The notes under the pieces: model-generated | The model's database searches: none | Told to the model about the DNA's origin: nothing | Seen by the model: only the letters and a program-made list of their open reading frames with translations | Source: Lytechinus pictus | Taxonomy: Eukaryota | Assembly (NCBI RefSeq): GCF_037042905.1 | Contig: NC_087262.1 | Location: forward strand, 15,562,001-15,626,000 | Direction: 5' to 3' | Length of the DNA stretch: 64,000 nucleotides | Part shown: piece after piece, positions 1-12,500 of the stretch | Layout of the letters: the number at the start of each line of letters is the position of its first letter | Position numbering within the stretch: the stretch's first letter is position 1 | Translations under genes and position numbers: made by a program

Positions 1-204
1 ATAAGGGAAGTGATGATGTCACACACTATAACTCTTTTGCATTTTCTTACTTTATATTTGGATTCGGTTTCTCTTGGAAAACGTACTATCTATATTTTAT
101 GAGAGACACAACTTTGTGATTCCGAATATGTCATCAAACTTCAATGCCTTATGCCAGTTTCTTTATAGAAGTGGTGCTTATTATTTTCTTCTATTTTGAC
201 ACAG

Positions 205-3200
205 TATACCAGAAAAGAAAGTCATCATCCGTCAAGGTCATATTGCAGAGAACTTTTATTTCATTGTCACAGGAGAAGGTAAGCCGAGAACCTATATGCC
301 ATGGGCTTGTCATTGAAATTCTGAGCACAAAGATGAAAATAAATTAGTAATTATATTCTATTTTATGTCCATTTTCTTTAGCAAAATGCATTTTGTCCTT
401 TTTATAAAAGTACTTAGACCTATTTCATGAAAGTCTGTTTTGGAAGTGAGTTATATATTAGGTGGCATGTTCTGATATAGCCTAAATAGTGCCATAAAGT
501 GCTGATATATGAGCTAACTTCAAGCACTGCGAAATTACTTTCTCTGTATCTTTGCGTCGACTTTCCTTCAAAGTGTCGGTTGTGAAAACCGAAGCCGACC
601 CGATCACAAGCGAAGTTATTTCGACAGAAATCGGAAGGTTTCGGAAAGGTGACTGTTTCGGTGAGTTGGAACTGTTACACGGTGACCCTCGTCCATGTTC
701 AATAACTGCTGAGGAGCCATGCCAAATAATTGCCATCGAAAAAGAGGTAAGTTATAATTTCCACGTTTTATATCAATATATATTTCTTGGGAAGATATCT
801 TAAAATTATTTTTTCTTCAAAACAATCCTTTATTATTCAAATGGGTTTAGGGCATTCCAAATTAAATGGTCAATCTTCTTCGTCGTTGTCGTTGTCATTA
901 TCGTCATAAAAATTATTATCATCATCATAATCGTCATAATCATCATTAAGACCAACAACGACATCATCATAACCGTCATCAACTTATCGGCGACATCATT
1001 CTAGTCGCCGCCGTCGTTGTCGCAGGGCTGCCAACACTGGATAACTAAAGTTGAGAGTAAGACTCCCATAAGCCAATAAAAATGCAATGCAAAATGCAAA
1101 GGAAAGAACATAAGAATGAGAAGAGACCAAAATGAGAGAGAGAGTTGGCAGCCCCGTATAGTCGTCGCTCTTAGATGATGACAAGATAATCGTCATCATC
1201 GTCGTAGTCATCACCATCAGCATCATAATATTCTTCCTAATCAATACCAACACGTTTGATTTTTAAGATTGAACTGCGTTTATTTAATTCGTCATTAACT
1301 ATTCATCCAAATCAATATCATTTTTAATGAAATCAAACAGAGTTTCTTTCCATTTTTCCCGTTTTTTTTGCATTTGATAGGATTTCATGGAAATGTTCAT
1401 TAGAGAAGGAGATGCAGGAAAAGAGATCGAACATCTAAAATTTCTCAGGTAAAACAACCATGAAATGCAAATCGATTGAAGGCAGGGTGTTTTCATCAAA
1501 TACATGTAATTGCTTTTCCAAATTACCACGACGTATGCCGCCCTTTATTTGGTTGTATTAGCTTTCAAAATTCTGCAGGGAATTCCATCCGGAATGGGGT
1601 ATTTAAAAACATACATTATTTCCAGGAATAATAATCTAATAGTACAAAAAAAAATTAACATTACTGTTTTCTCGTGTTACAACGTCCAATCCATTACTCT
1701 CATTATTTTTTCCTTTTTTTTTTTGGGGGGGGGGGGCTGGTTTTGGGGGGTAAGTAAAATCCAATGAATCATAGAAAATAGTATTTCGCAAATTGTTTTA
1801 ATCTGTCGTAAAAATGAGGTGCAGATGTTCAAAGCCAAAATGCATTTTATGTTAAACATTGAAATTTCCATCAAGTACAGAATTAGACAAATTGTATAGA
1901 AAATGCCCCTGGCTTATATTCATGCCAATCAATTCTGTATTTATCTAAAAATGTTTTAAAACAGAGAAATGACAAATAGAGAAAGTTTGTAAATTGCAGA
2001 TTGACTGTATTCATGGTGATCGTCAAATCGACAATGTTGCTCCAACGGAAGGTTTATTTGGAAATCCCTTTATATATTCTGTGCATAAAACATATTTCTT
2101 TTCTCTGTTTAGTCCGACGGGTGCATTGTACGTGTCAAGCACATAAAGAGACAAGTGATTTGTTGATATTTAAGTCAAACTTTATTCACAAACTAATTTA
2201 TTAATTTGGAAAATATATATCTCTGCAGAGCGTTACCCTTCTTGAAAGGATGGCCAGTTCAGAAATTGAATGAGCATCCCCAAATGTGCCTCGTCCATTT
2301 CTTCAAGTAAGTTTTAAGAACATTATTTACTTCTGAGTTTGTGATTAATACAATGATGCTTTGATGAGGGTAGGGTAGGGGGTTTCATATATTAATCATT
2401 ATGATCATGATCAAGATCGCCATAACCATCGTCCTCGTCGTCATCATTCACATCATTGTCGTCGTCATGATCGGTACTACATCATTATCATCATCATCAT
2501 TGTCGTCGTCGTCATCCATGATCATCACCCCCATGATNNNNNNNNNNNNNNNNNNNNNNNNNNNNNNNNNNNNNNNNNNNNNNNNNNNNNNNNNNNNNNN
2601 NNNNNNNNNNNNNNNNNNNNNNNNNNNNNNNNNNNNNNNNNNNNNNNNNNNNNNNNNNNNNNNNNNNNNNNNNNNNNNNNNNNNNNNNNNNNNNNNNNNN
2701 NNNNNNNNNNNNNNNNNNNNNNNNNNNNNNNNNNNNNNNNNNNNNNNNNNNNNNNNNNNNNNNNNNNNNNNNNNNNNNNNNNNNNNNNNNNNNNNNNNNN
2801 NNNNNNNNNNNNNNNNNNNNNNNNNNNNNNNNNNNNNNNNNNNNNNNNNNNNNNNNNNNNNNNNNNNNNNNNNGACGATGGCTACAATATAACGTTATGA
2901 CGGCTATGTCAGAATATCTTAAGAAATCGCCTAGCCTGATGATCAACATTGTAATGATGCTCATAAGGCACCGTGATTTCTTGAAATATTTTGTCACGGT
3001 TGAAGAAGGGGTCGAGGTAAAAATGTTTTAGTACAAAATAACGCACTCGATCAACACCAATGGTGATCATTATCATCCCTCTCTTTTACGAACTTGTTAA
3101 TGACTTTTTATTTTTTACTTTCGTCAGACGCAGCTCTGTTATAGTGAGAGACAGCAATCGGTCTGAGTGGTTGTATATCATAAAATCGGTAATTACTCCC

Positions 3201-6107
3201 TTTTTATACAGCATTGAGAGAAGCAAACGGATTAAACATATTGACAAAATATGATTACAATTAAAAAATCTCTAAATAGTTATTATTTACTTGTTCCAAT
3301 CATAATAATGATAGCTTTCGAGCGCCATGGGTGTACATACACATGTCGAACACCTGCGAGAAATAAACTTACGGTTAGTATCATATTAATTTTTTTTTTT
3401 AATCTAAGAAAGCTAGCTTAATATACATGTATCATATTACTAAAAAACAGCAGCGACAGTAATTTAATTGTGGCCAATGAATACGATATTTGACTTAAAT
3501 TTGCGACGGTATTCCTCAATAGTAAACTTTTGAAAAAGACGGATCAACGGACCGTCGAAAATTTGAGTTGCAGCCAATACGAGAAACTGCAAGATGTTGG
3601 TGACATTCATAACTATGTATGTATATTTGAATATTTATCTTTCGAACAAGGGTTCCTGCCAAGTAATCAAACAGTTGAAGGATACACAATCGATGCCTGC
3701 ACCAAGACGGCCCCACCAAACTATCAATCCAACCCCAGAGAAAAGTGCATTCAACCCAAGAGATGGACTACATATAGGTGAGATGTCGGGCGCGGATCTA
3801 GGGGCGAGGGGGAAGTAAAACAGGGGTCCTCACCCTTTAACAGACATTATATGAAATTGGTATTCCGCAGTGTATCTCTTTTTATGAAAAACAGGCTTTC
3901 TTTTTCGAAGTGAACCTCATTAATTCCTGCTTTAGTATCTGCAAAAAAAATAGATCCCTTTCTTTGTCTATTTAATCTTTTATCATCCTTTGTTCGATAT
4001 TGATACACTTAATTCATTNNNNNNNNNNNNNNNNNNNNNNNNNNNNNNNNNNNNNNNNNNNNNNNNNNNNNNNNNNNNNNNNNNNNNNNNNNNNNNNNNN
4101 NNNNNNNNNNNNNNNNNNNNNNNNNNNNNNNNNNNNNNNNNNNNNNNNNNNNNNNNNNNNNNNNNNNNNGATGACATAGTCAATGATCTAAATTTACTTA
4201 GTCCGTTTCTATTGTAGAAACGATAGAGGGCGATAGAACGCAAAGTGTCAATTGCAGTTCAATGGCAGTGCTTTCATTTATTGTTCTTGCTTTCCTCCTT
4301 TCTGTCCTCTTTTTCCCTCTTTCTTTCTTTTGTTTTTCTTAAAACTTTCTCCTCATTCCCCTCCTTCTCCTCCTCCCCTTCTTCTTCCTCCTGTTCTTGT
4401 TGTTAATGTGGTCGTCGTCCTTCATCTTCTTCTTCTAACACAATCTCTTATTTTATTTCGCGTTTTTATACAGGCTCAAAGATCGACAGTCGTAGACGAA
4501 AAACATTTCTGACGTCAGAGACTTTGTCAATGTCACTTTTTGATGACACGGCATCACCACCACGACGAGTGGATAAGAAAAGTTCAACAAGTCCGACGGA
4601 AGAGGTTACATTTACTCTACCCCCCCCCCCCAAAAAAAAAAAAAAAAACTTTATTTTCTGACTGACACACTATATCAACATAAAATATGAAAATTATGTC
4701 TAAAGAGAAGATAATATTTTTACAGCAAATAACAAGACCTGTGCATTTAACCGACCAGGTAGTGTGTTTGTAGGGGGGGGGGCATAATTATGATTTATAA
4801 AATACTTTGCACGGAGGATTCCCCTGGCCTGACTTCACTGTTTATCAACAGGTTGAGATGTTTTATTTTACCTAAAACCTTGTAGTTTTACGCTATGTCC
4901 TTTGAATTCTTAATTATTATCATTATTATTCTTCCAGGTGAAAGAGATGGATCGAGTTGTTTTCGTTCAAGTTGGAATGCTTCATGCCAAGGACGTGTTT
5001 GTATGTTTGCTTACTTTCTTTAGACAGTGCGAGAGGAATTTTTAATACAGTCCACCTGAATTCGTCTAATCCCATCAATATTCAGACCAATGCCGTAGAA
5101 ATGTTCTATACGCATGTGATAATTTAGCATGAGAAATAGCTCAACAATGCTAATTAGCTATGAACATAAAACAAGAAAGCTTAATGACTTATCATTATTT
5201 TTAATAAACTTTCATCTACATGCATGCTGTTGTGAACCGCAAACAATGTTTCTTCTATCAAGTCCATGCATATATGTAACGTTCTCAATTACTAAGACCA
5301 TCTTTTATATGTCCGTTTGATATAGGGTTTACCGATGCTATGTCGGGAAAACGGAATCAGTGATGTAGATCAGCCTAGCTTCAGTCTTGTGAGTATTCTC
5401 TGAAAGATTATTCAATATATCTTTAATGTAAAATATTGATAATTTGTAAACAACATTTACCTCCCCTTTTCTCTTCTTGCATGAAGAAATTAATGAACTA
5501 TATCTGAATCTAATTTTTAAAAAATATATCTTTATCGCTTGAAAAACTAGAGGGATAGGAGGAGGCGCGGATGTTGACTTGTCGCTTCTCCGCAACCTTT
5601 ATAGACGTGGTTGCAGAGCACTGTCTCAAACCGACTCACAGAACACGCTCAAATCTTATTCCTTTATAAGTCACCTTTAGGGGAGACTGGAGCAGAATGC
5701 ACCTTGGGAAATATACACTCAAATTAATGTTCTACCTTTAATTTTCGAATTACCTTTAGGTCAGCCGCGGAGCAGAATGTATCATGTTGAATAAGAAGTT
5801 TTACCTGGACGAGGCAAGCGAGTTTGTCTACCGTCATCTCAAAGAGATCGTCCGCCCTTACCCCCTCGGCCAAACCCTCCAAGAGCATCTCCAACTCCAC
5901 ACCAACTGGTCCAACTACAAGAAACAGGCTGTCTCGGATGTACTCTCGAAGTCGACATCATCGTCGTCTTCGTCAACGTCGGGTTCGTCTTCACAAAACG
6001 GCAGTGGTTTGTCGTCGAGGAGGAATTCGAATGATTCGTCGAATCTTGCTTTTAAGCCGAGAAGATCTCTTACGCAGATTGAGATTAAGAAGGGACTTTC
6101 TTCCTAG
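205..6107 (+). CDS. Cyclic nucleotide-binding domain protein (CNBD2-like), 3' part; 10 coding exons in window, 5' end lies upstream of the window
   Basis: Phase-consistent AG/GT exons: 205-278 (IPEKKVIIRQGHIAENFYFIVTGE), 574-746 (VSVV..GDCFGELELLHGDPRPCSITAEEPCQIIAIEKE), 1381-1448 (DFMEMF..HLKFL), 2229-2306 (ALPFLKGWP..HFFK), 3128-3188 (VIVRDSNRSEWLYIIKS), 3651-3777 (GSCQVIK..), 4474-4604, 4938-5000 (VFVQVGMLHAKDVF), 5326-5388 (GLPMLC..SFSL), 5760-6107 (VSRGAECIMLNKKFY..stop). The first CNB has a canonical FGE..L....PR phosphate-binding cassette. N-gaps in two introns could hide further exons. Confidence 0.85.
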
Positions 6108-6454
6108 TTTAACTTCAGTTCTAACGATGTAAAAAATAAGTTAAGATCTACCATTTGATTCCTAATGATGGATATGTAATACTCGGATTAAGACGTTCGA
6201 ATCGGGAAGAAAATGTGATGATAGCAACACATTAATGGGACTGAAAATGTCAAATTCCCTGAATTGGAGTCTCATGCCATGCAATAATTAAGTATGAAAA
6301 GGTAAACTCACTGGAGACCAAATAATTGGTGTCGAAACACTTTCTCCTTTTATCGGAGCTGATGGTGATCTATAGATCCCTTTCTTTCTCATTCGATCCG
6401 GTAGAACAGACGTGAATTTGGATTACGATTGCTTACTATAGTCTACAAAGCCAT

Positions 6455-6678
6455 CACCACCATCACTGCCACCACCACATTCGCCATCTTCATAATAATC
6501 ATCGGCATCACCACCACCACTATCACTACCACCACTTTTACCAAGGACAGGCCACCACCAACATCATCATTACTACCACCACCGCCACACCAACGCCACC
6601 ACCACCACCGTCATCATCATCATCGTCATCATCATAATCATCATCACCATCGTCATCATCATCATTATCATCATCATA
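6455..6678. repeat. (CAC)n/(CAT)n trinucleotide microsatellite downstream of the CNBD gene stop
   Basis: Imperfect ACC/CAC runs followed by CAT runs; gives the spurious poly-Thr/poly-His ORF at 6429-6716. Confidence 0.85.
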
Positions 6679-7271
6679 TTAACAGAATAATTTCATTAAA
6701 AGTGGATAACAGCTAATTTTGGGAATTTTATACTTCACAATGATTACAAAAAATAGACCATCTCTCATATGATGTTCAACATTTTTGTTCAAATTCATCA
6801 GTTCTATTTAAGTTCTATCTTTTTGTACTTTTCATCAAAAATTTATTCGCCGGCATTGTATTTGCGGTCAGCGCATAGTTTCTTATACATGACTTGTATA
6901 CCCTTTCAATTAATTGAAAATCGAAGAGTTGTGAGCCTCGATGATAAAACTATTTTTAAATACTGTGTATGAAATCGATCGTATGACCCGGTATACATTC
7001 TCAGATCGTAATTGATATCGATGAGAGGGCAAGGATGATTAATTCCAGTAGTTGCGAAACGTTGTCGCGAGAATAATGACGAATCACACATGATTATATT
7101 GAATGGTATATACTGATTAAATGTATTTTACTTCTTCGAATTTTCTATACATGCATACCGAATCATGTGTTACCCTTGCTTAAATTATTATATCCTATAA
7201 ATGATTGGATGAATGAAGAAACAAATGAATAAATGAATGAATGGATGGATGAAGGAATGAATGTTATTATA

Positions 7272-8090
7272 CAGTGCGTCCCAGAAAAAACGAAACCGAG
7301 ATTTAGCGATGATTTATCATAACTTAATCATAAATAAAGTAGACAAATGACCTACCAATGTAAAGCTTAGAATCTCCTCTTTCATCTGGTATTACTTAGA
7401 TTATTCCTCATTCACGCATGATTGAGCAAAAACAATTCGAAGAAAGGATGCCAAAAACTCATTTGGCGGGGGTATCTGAATTTCAAAAAGAAAATCGCAT
7501 GACTAAAAAGTTCAATATCTTCTCTTTTCTTTGATACCTAAATCACAGAAAATGGTCAAGTAGTAAAAAAGTTATGATCCCTCGAAACAATGCTTGTATT
7601 TCCATAATTTCATTAAATAAACGTGTTTTCACCGGTTTCCCTCTGAAGCTATCGGACGGTAAAAAAAAAACTTAATACATGGCTGATCGTCAACAAAACG
7701 GAGTGTCGAGTGAGTTTGAACGCTGGCCTGTAAAACCTCTTCATTTTATGAAATTATTGAAATTCAAGCCTTATTTCAAATAACCAGAACTTTGTTATTT
7801 CTTGACCATTTTCTGTAATTGAGGTATCAAATAAAGGAGAAGATATTGAACTTTTTAGAAATGTGTTTTTCTTTTTAAAATCCAGATACGGCCCGCCAAG
7901 TGACTTTTTGGTATCCCCTTTTCAAATTGTTTTTGCTCACTCATGCGTGAATGAGAAATAATCTAAGTAATTTCAGATGAAAGAGGAGATTCTAAGCTTT
8001 AAAATGGTAGGTCATTTGTCTATTGTATTTGCGATTAAGTTATGATAAATCATCGATAAATCTCAGTTTCGTTTTTTATGGGACGCACTG
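7272..8090. mobile_element. Tc1/mariner-type non-autonomous element (fold-back MITE) with about 340-bp inverted arms
   Basis: TA|CAGTGCGTCCCAGAAAAAACGAAACCGAG...CTCAGTTTCGTTTTTTATGGGACGCACTG|TA. Arms align imperfectly from the ends inward to about 7615 and 7740. TA TSD; no ORF. Confidence 0.9.
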
Positions 8091-9516
8091 TATATTAGAT
8101 AAGTGAAAATCAGGAAAAAAACAATATATCATTCTCATAAAATATATATAAAACACATTTTCAGACAAGTATTTTCTTCCAAAGAATATGTATGTACATC
8201 AATCTTGTGGCATGCTATCCTCTTTACGTAAATTTCGTTATCCGGTAATGTTAGCCATAATACGAATAAAAGGGGAAATTGACTATACATAAAAAATGTA
8301 TCGTGATTTCATAGGGAGACCGTTATGATCATTTAATCCAGAACCACCCAACCCCCCCCCCCGAAAAAAATGTAGAGTGAATGGGGGAGATTAGAGAAAT
8401 GGCGAGGGGTCACGGGGGGGGGCATAAGAGGGTGAAAGTGCGAGGGAGAGCGGATAAAATGGGAGATGGCATGAAAGACGTGAAAGAGAGAGGGGTATCG
8501 TATATTTTTAGGTCAACGTGGTCGATATAACGAAGGCCATCAAAAGTAAAATTATTGACCGCACGTAATAATGCGTCCATGATATTGACTTACAGCCCAC
8601 ACTCGTTGTATACATGTATAATTATATATAACAGATCAATCACTGGAACTCGTTTGACAAGTTGAAATGTATCCCCACATGACTAGTAATATTATTGTTA
8701 TAAAATAAATTACTCTTGGCCATATAAAATCGATACTTCTTCATACGTCACTATATACTGGCACAGTTCAATGTACAAAGTCATATAAAATAAGCATTCT
8801 TCGTTACATAAAACAATCTATGTCGTAACGAATTCAAAACTATGCTAAATTGAATAGTTTCAAGGGCGACGGATCCGGGGCAGATGTGCACTTCCCCCTA
8901 AAAATTCTCAGAGGATAAAAAAAAAAACCCTTAAAAAAAAAGAAATGTGCACTTTGTGAATTAACACTTTTGATATACGCATTTTCGTTCCTGAACTTGA
9001 TAATAATAATAATAATAATATACAGTTCTTGTATAGCGCATATAACATTATGAATAATGTCTCTATATGCGCTTCCAAAGGACTTGGATATTATTACCAT
9101 GATTACCCCAGCTGTAGCTTGGCAGCCGTAATTACCTTGATTATCTTGTATCTGTTGTGCATTTTATACGATGAATTGTTTCCTTCATTTTCATTCGTTT
9201 TTTCGCCGCTGAAGGGGCACGTATACAATACCGAGAAGACATCGTTGGGGGAATTATTCAACAAATATTTTTATGACTAAAAAGATCTTTTGTAAAAGCT
9301 CTCCTATACTGTTTGCCACACTATAACCATTCCCATTTAATGCATACAAGTAATGGCATTTTTTTCTGATTTAAAATAATGGTGTGAAACAATTCTGGAA
9401 CTGTATTTTACACTTTACCGCCCTTTTGAAATAATCAGGAGAATTCATCTTTTCAAAGACACGAGCAAGCATTTTAAGGTTTGTTGGTTCAATATTCGAG
9501 GTCAACACCAAAAGTT

Positions 9517-12500
9517 TTAATCTTGATTATAGATACTCATTGGTTCAAAATAATTACAAGAGGATACGAACTGGAAGTAGCTAGAATTCACCTCGTGTCT
9601 TGTGTTGGAGTTTAAATAACACGATTTACCTTTGTGGTTAAAAGAACGACATCCAGACGTGCGCAGACAGTAGATTGCGCATCCTTTTCTAGTCGTACCG
9701 GAGTACTTGGCCAGATTTTGACCAATCAGACAATGGCTATCAGTTATGTGTCGTCTGTAGACGGTTGTCCTGTCGACAGAGTCGAACGCTTAAGTCGTGA
9801 AATAAAAAAAAAGGGAAAGGAAAATAGAGAATACTGAGGTGAAAGTTTTGTAGATCTCAAAATTTATAATTTAGGGGATTTTTTTAAAGCGTCACGCTAA
9901 TCTGCGTGACAATGTATCGAGTAGTTCTTAGAACGGGAAGGGGGGGGGGAGAGAGAAGAGGGTCTATTTTTTCTACAAACAATCCCTGATAAGCCCCAGG
10001 AAAAATCATCACTCCAATCACATTAGTTATTAACGATTAAATGAATTCTTCATTAAATCATTATTTTCAAAGGAGTTTAATATTTTATTATTATTTTAAG
10101 TGGACTATACTTGTAATTTTTTTACCATACAATGTCCACGATCTCTAACCATGCACTAAACATGGAACCTACTTTAATCTCCGCAATTCGCCAAAGAACT
10201 CTTTTCAAAATTGATTGCTAAAAATGTTATCGAAATCCCGTAAAGTCCGTGGGTATATGTTTCTTTAAAAAAAAATCAAAATTCTAATTTATTCTTACAT
10301 AAATAATTTCTGCTTATTATGGCCGATGATTTATAAAACTAACGGCTATATGGAATGACATTTAGGGAGGAAAATTAGATTATTATGTAAAAAAATACCT
10401 GGCTGGAAGCAGACGATATATCCCGTTGAGTTTGGATCTGTCACTTTCCATTTCCCAGACTGCACTGCGATAATTGTTACATTTTTATTGGTTGTTTCAT
10501 TAAATGACGTCATCGGAGGTTCATTGGAGTCCCAGTCTATCCCGTCAGAAATGAGATAATAAAAAATATTTAAAAAAACACAGAATAGTCGCATTATATT
10601 TTGAATGTTTGCTATAGTTCTTAAATTCGACGCTTGCTTAAATCATATTTTTACAAATATGAGGAAAAGTAAATGCATGACAGAGAGAACCTATTTTGAG
10701 AATTTTCGGCAATTAACAATTAATGTTCATGTTAAAAACTTTATAAATATACAACAGAATCCCTAAACTTTCCAAAATGAATATCACCTAACAGGGGCGG
10801 AAATCTCTCCCAAAAGCTAGGGGGGACAAGAGGCGGGAAAATTTGACAAGCAAAAAAAAAAAAGGTTATCATCCCCAAAGTAAGGTCATCTCGTCCTAAA
10901 ATACATGTTTTATTTCGATTTTTAATGATGTATTTTTTACCATCATAAAAGACCACAAATAGTAGGGGGACATTTGATATTGTGTCCCCCCTACTATTTT
11001 GAGTAGGGGGGACACGTCCCCCCTGGGATTTCCGCCCATGTCACCTAAGCGGGGTAAACAGTTTAACATTACTTATCTAATCCTATATATATTTTAAAAA
11101 AAATATTATTAAGTTCTCAATTTTCTAACTAAAACAATCAATTTATTATCGGCATCAATGATTTTTTCAAAATTCATAACGGGATCAGCTTGGCAATAGA
11201 AGAATAAGTTGTTCTAATGACGGACTCGATTGCATTGTTCAAATACCTTAAATTATCCAAACATATATTTACTTTTACTTATCATACTCATGAGAATTGT
11301 GATCATTGGGTAAATTTACATAGAAAAGTGGGGGATAAAAGGCAAAATAGCATCATATTTAAAAGTATAGACCTTTAATTGACTCAGAAAAAATAATTAT
11401 TAATTAGAGGCCGGAGAGAGAGAATTTCTAGAATTTATTTTCATCTCCAACAAATTGCGATGAATAACTTAACGGTCGGGTAAGGAGTATAGTGATTAGT
11501 GAATCAAATATCGGGATGTGAATGGGGCTAACAAATAAACTAACATTTTTTTATTCAAAAGTCAATTAGCCGTATCAGGATTTGTAATCTTTTTTTAGTA
11601 GTAGTTGTTGTTATGTACTTGATGCTGTTGTGTAGTTGACACGTGCTGTTGGTGTGTTGATTTTATTTTTATTATTATTTCATTCTTATTTTTTATTCAT
11701 TTATTTTGTTATTATTATTATTATTATTATTTTTTTTTTGGGGGGGGGGGGCTTAAAATACATATGACAAGTCTTACCAGCGTACTGCATATGAAACCCG
11801 TCATTGCATGTAAACACTGTCTCTAATATCACATCACTATGACAACCGTTCCAGACCAGCGTTCCATTGTCAACCGTGGCGTTACGACGGATCAGATTAT
11901 CGACGACCTCCCATTCTTCTACGGACCTGACGACCACCATCCATCCACCGAGGTCATTGCATACCTCGTCCCCAGTTTGCCAAGGGAGAGCACCGTTGTC
12001 GACCTGGAATTGATAACAACCTCCCCTCCAGAAATCCCAGCCAACAGGGCATGATGCTATCCAGATTTTGACAAACAAAATATACAATGTTTTTTTTTCA
12101 AACATGAAATAAAACAAAATGATATTTATATAATACATTGATTTGAAGAGAATAAAATCTCTGTAAAAAATAGATTCGTAGAATTGTTCAGATTACAATA
12201 CGAGGGCAGATCAGGCGCGTAGCCAGGGGGGGGGGGGGCGATGGGGGCGGTCGCCCCCCCCAAAACGTCCCCAAAAAGAAAAAAAAGAAGGAAAAAAGAG
12301 AGGAAAAAAGGAAAAGGGAAGGGAGGAAAGGGAAGAAAGGTAGCTTTGTTTTTTTTTTCTCAAAAGAGAAACTCCTTCACTCTTGCTCCAGATTTGTATA
12401 TGAATTTTGCTTCCGCGCTTCGCGCGGTTAAATGACAATATTGAAGATCTCCATTGTTCCCCCCACCCTTTCTCTAACCCTGTTTTTCCACCTCAGCTAT

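Noticed and set aside
2401-2997. Long ORFs spanning N-gaps (also 3983-4243, 15426-15838, 19153-19398)
   Set aside because: Artefacts of Ns, in several cases with flanking (CAT)n microsatellite.
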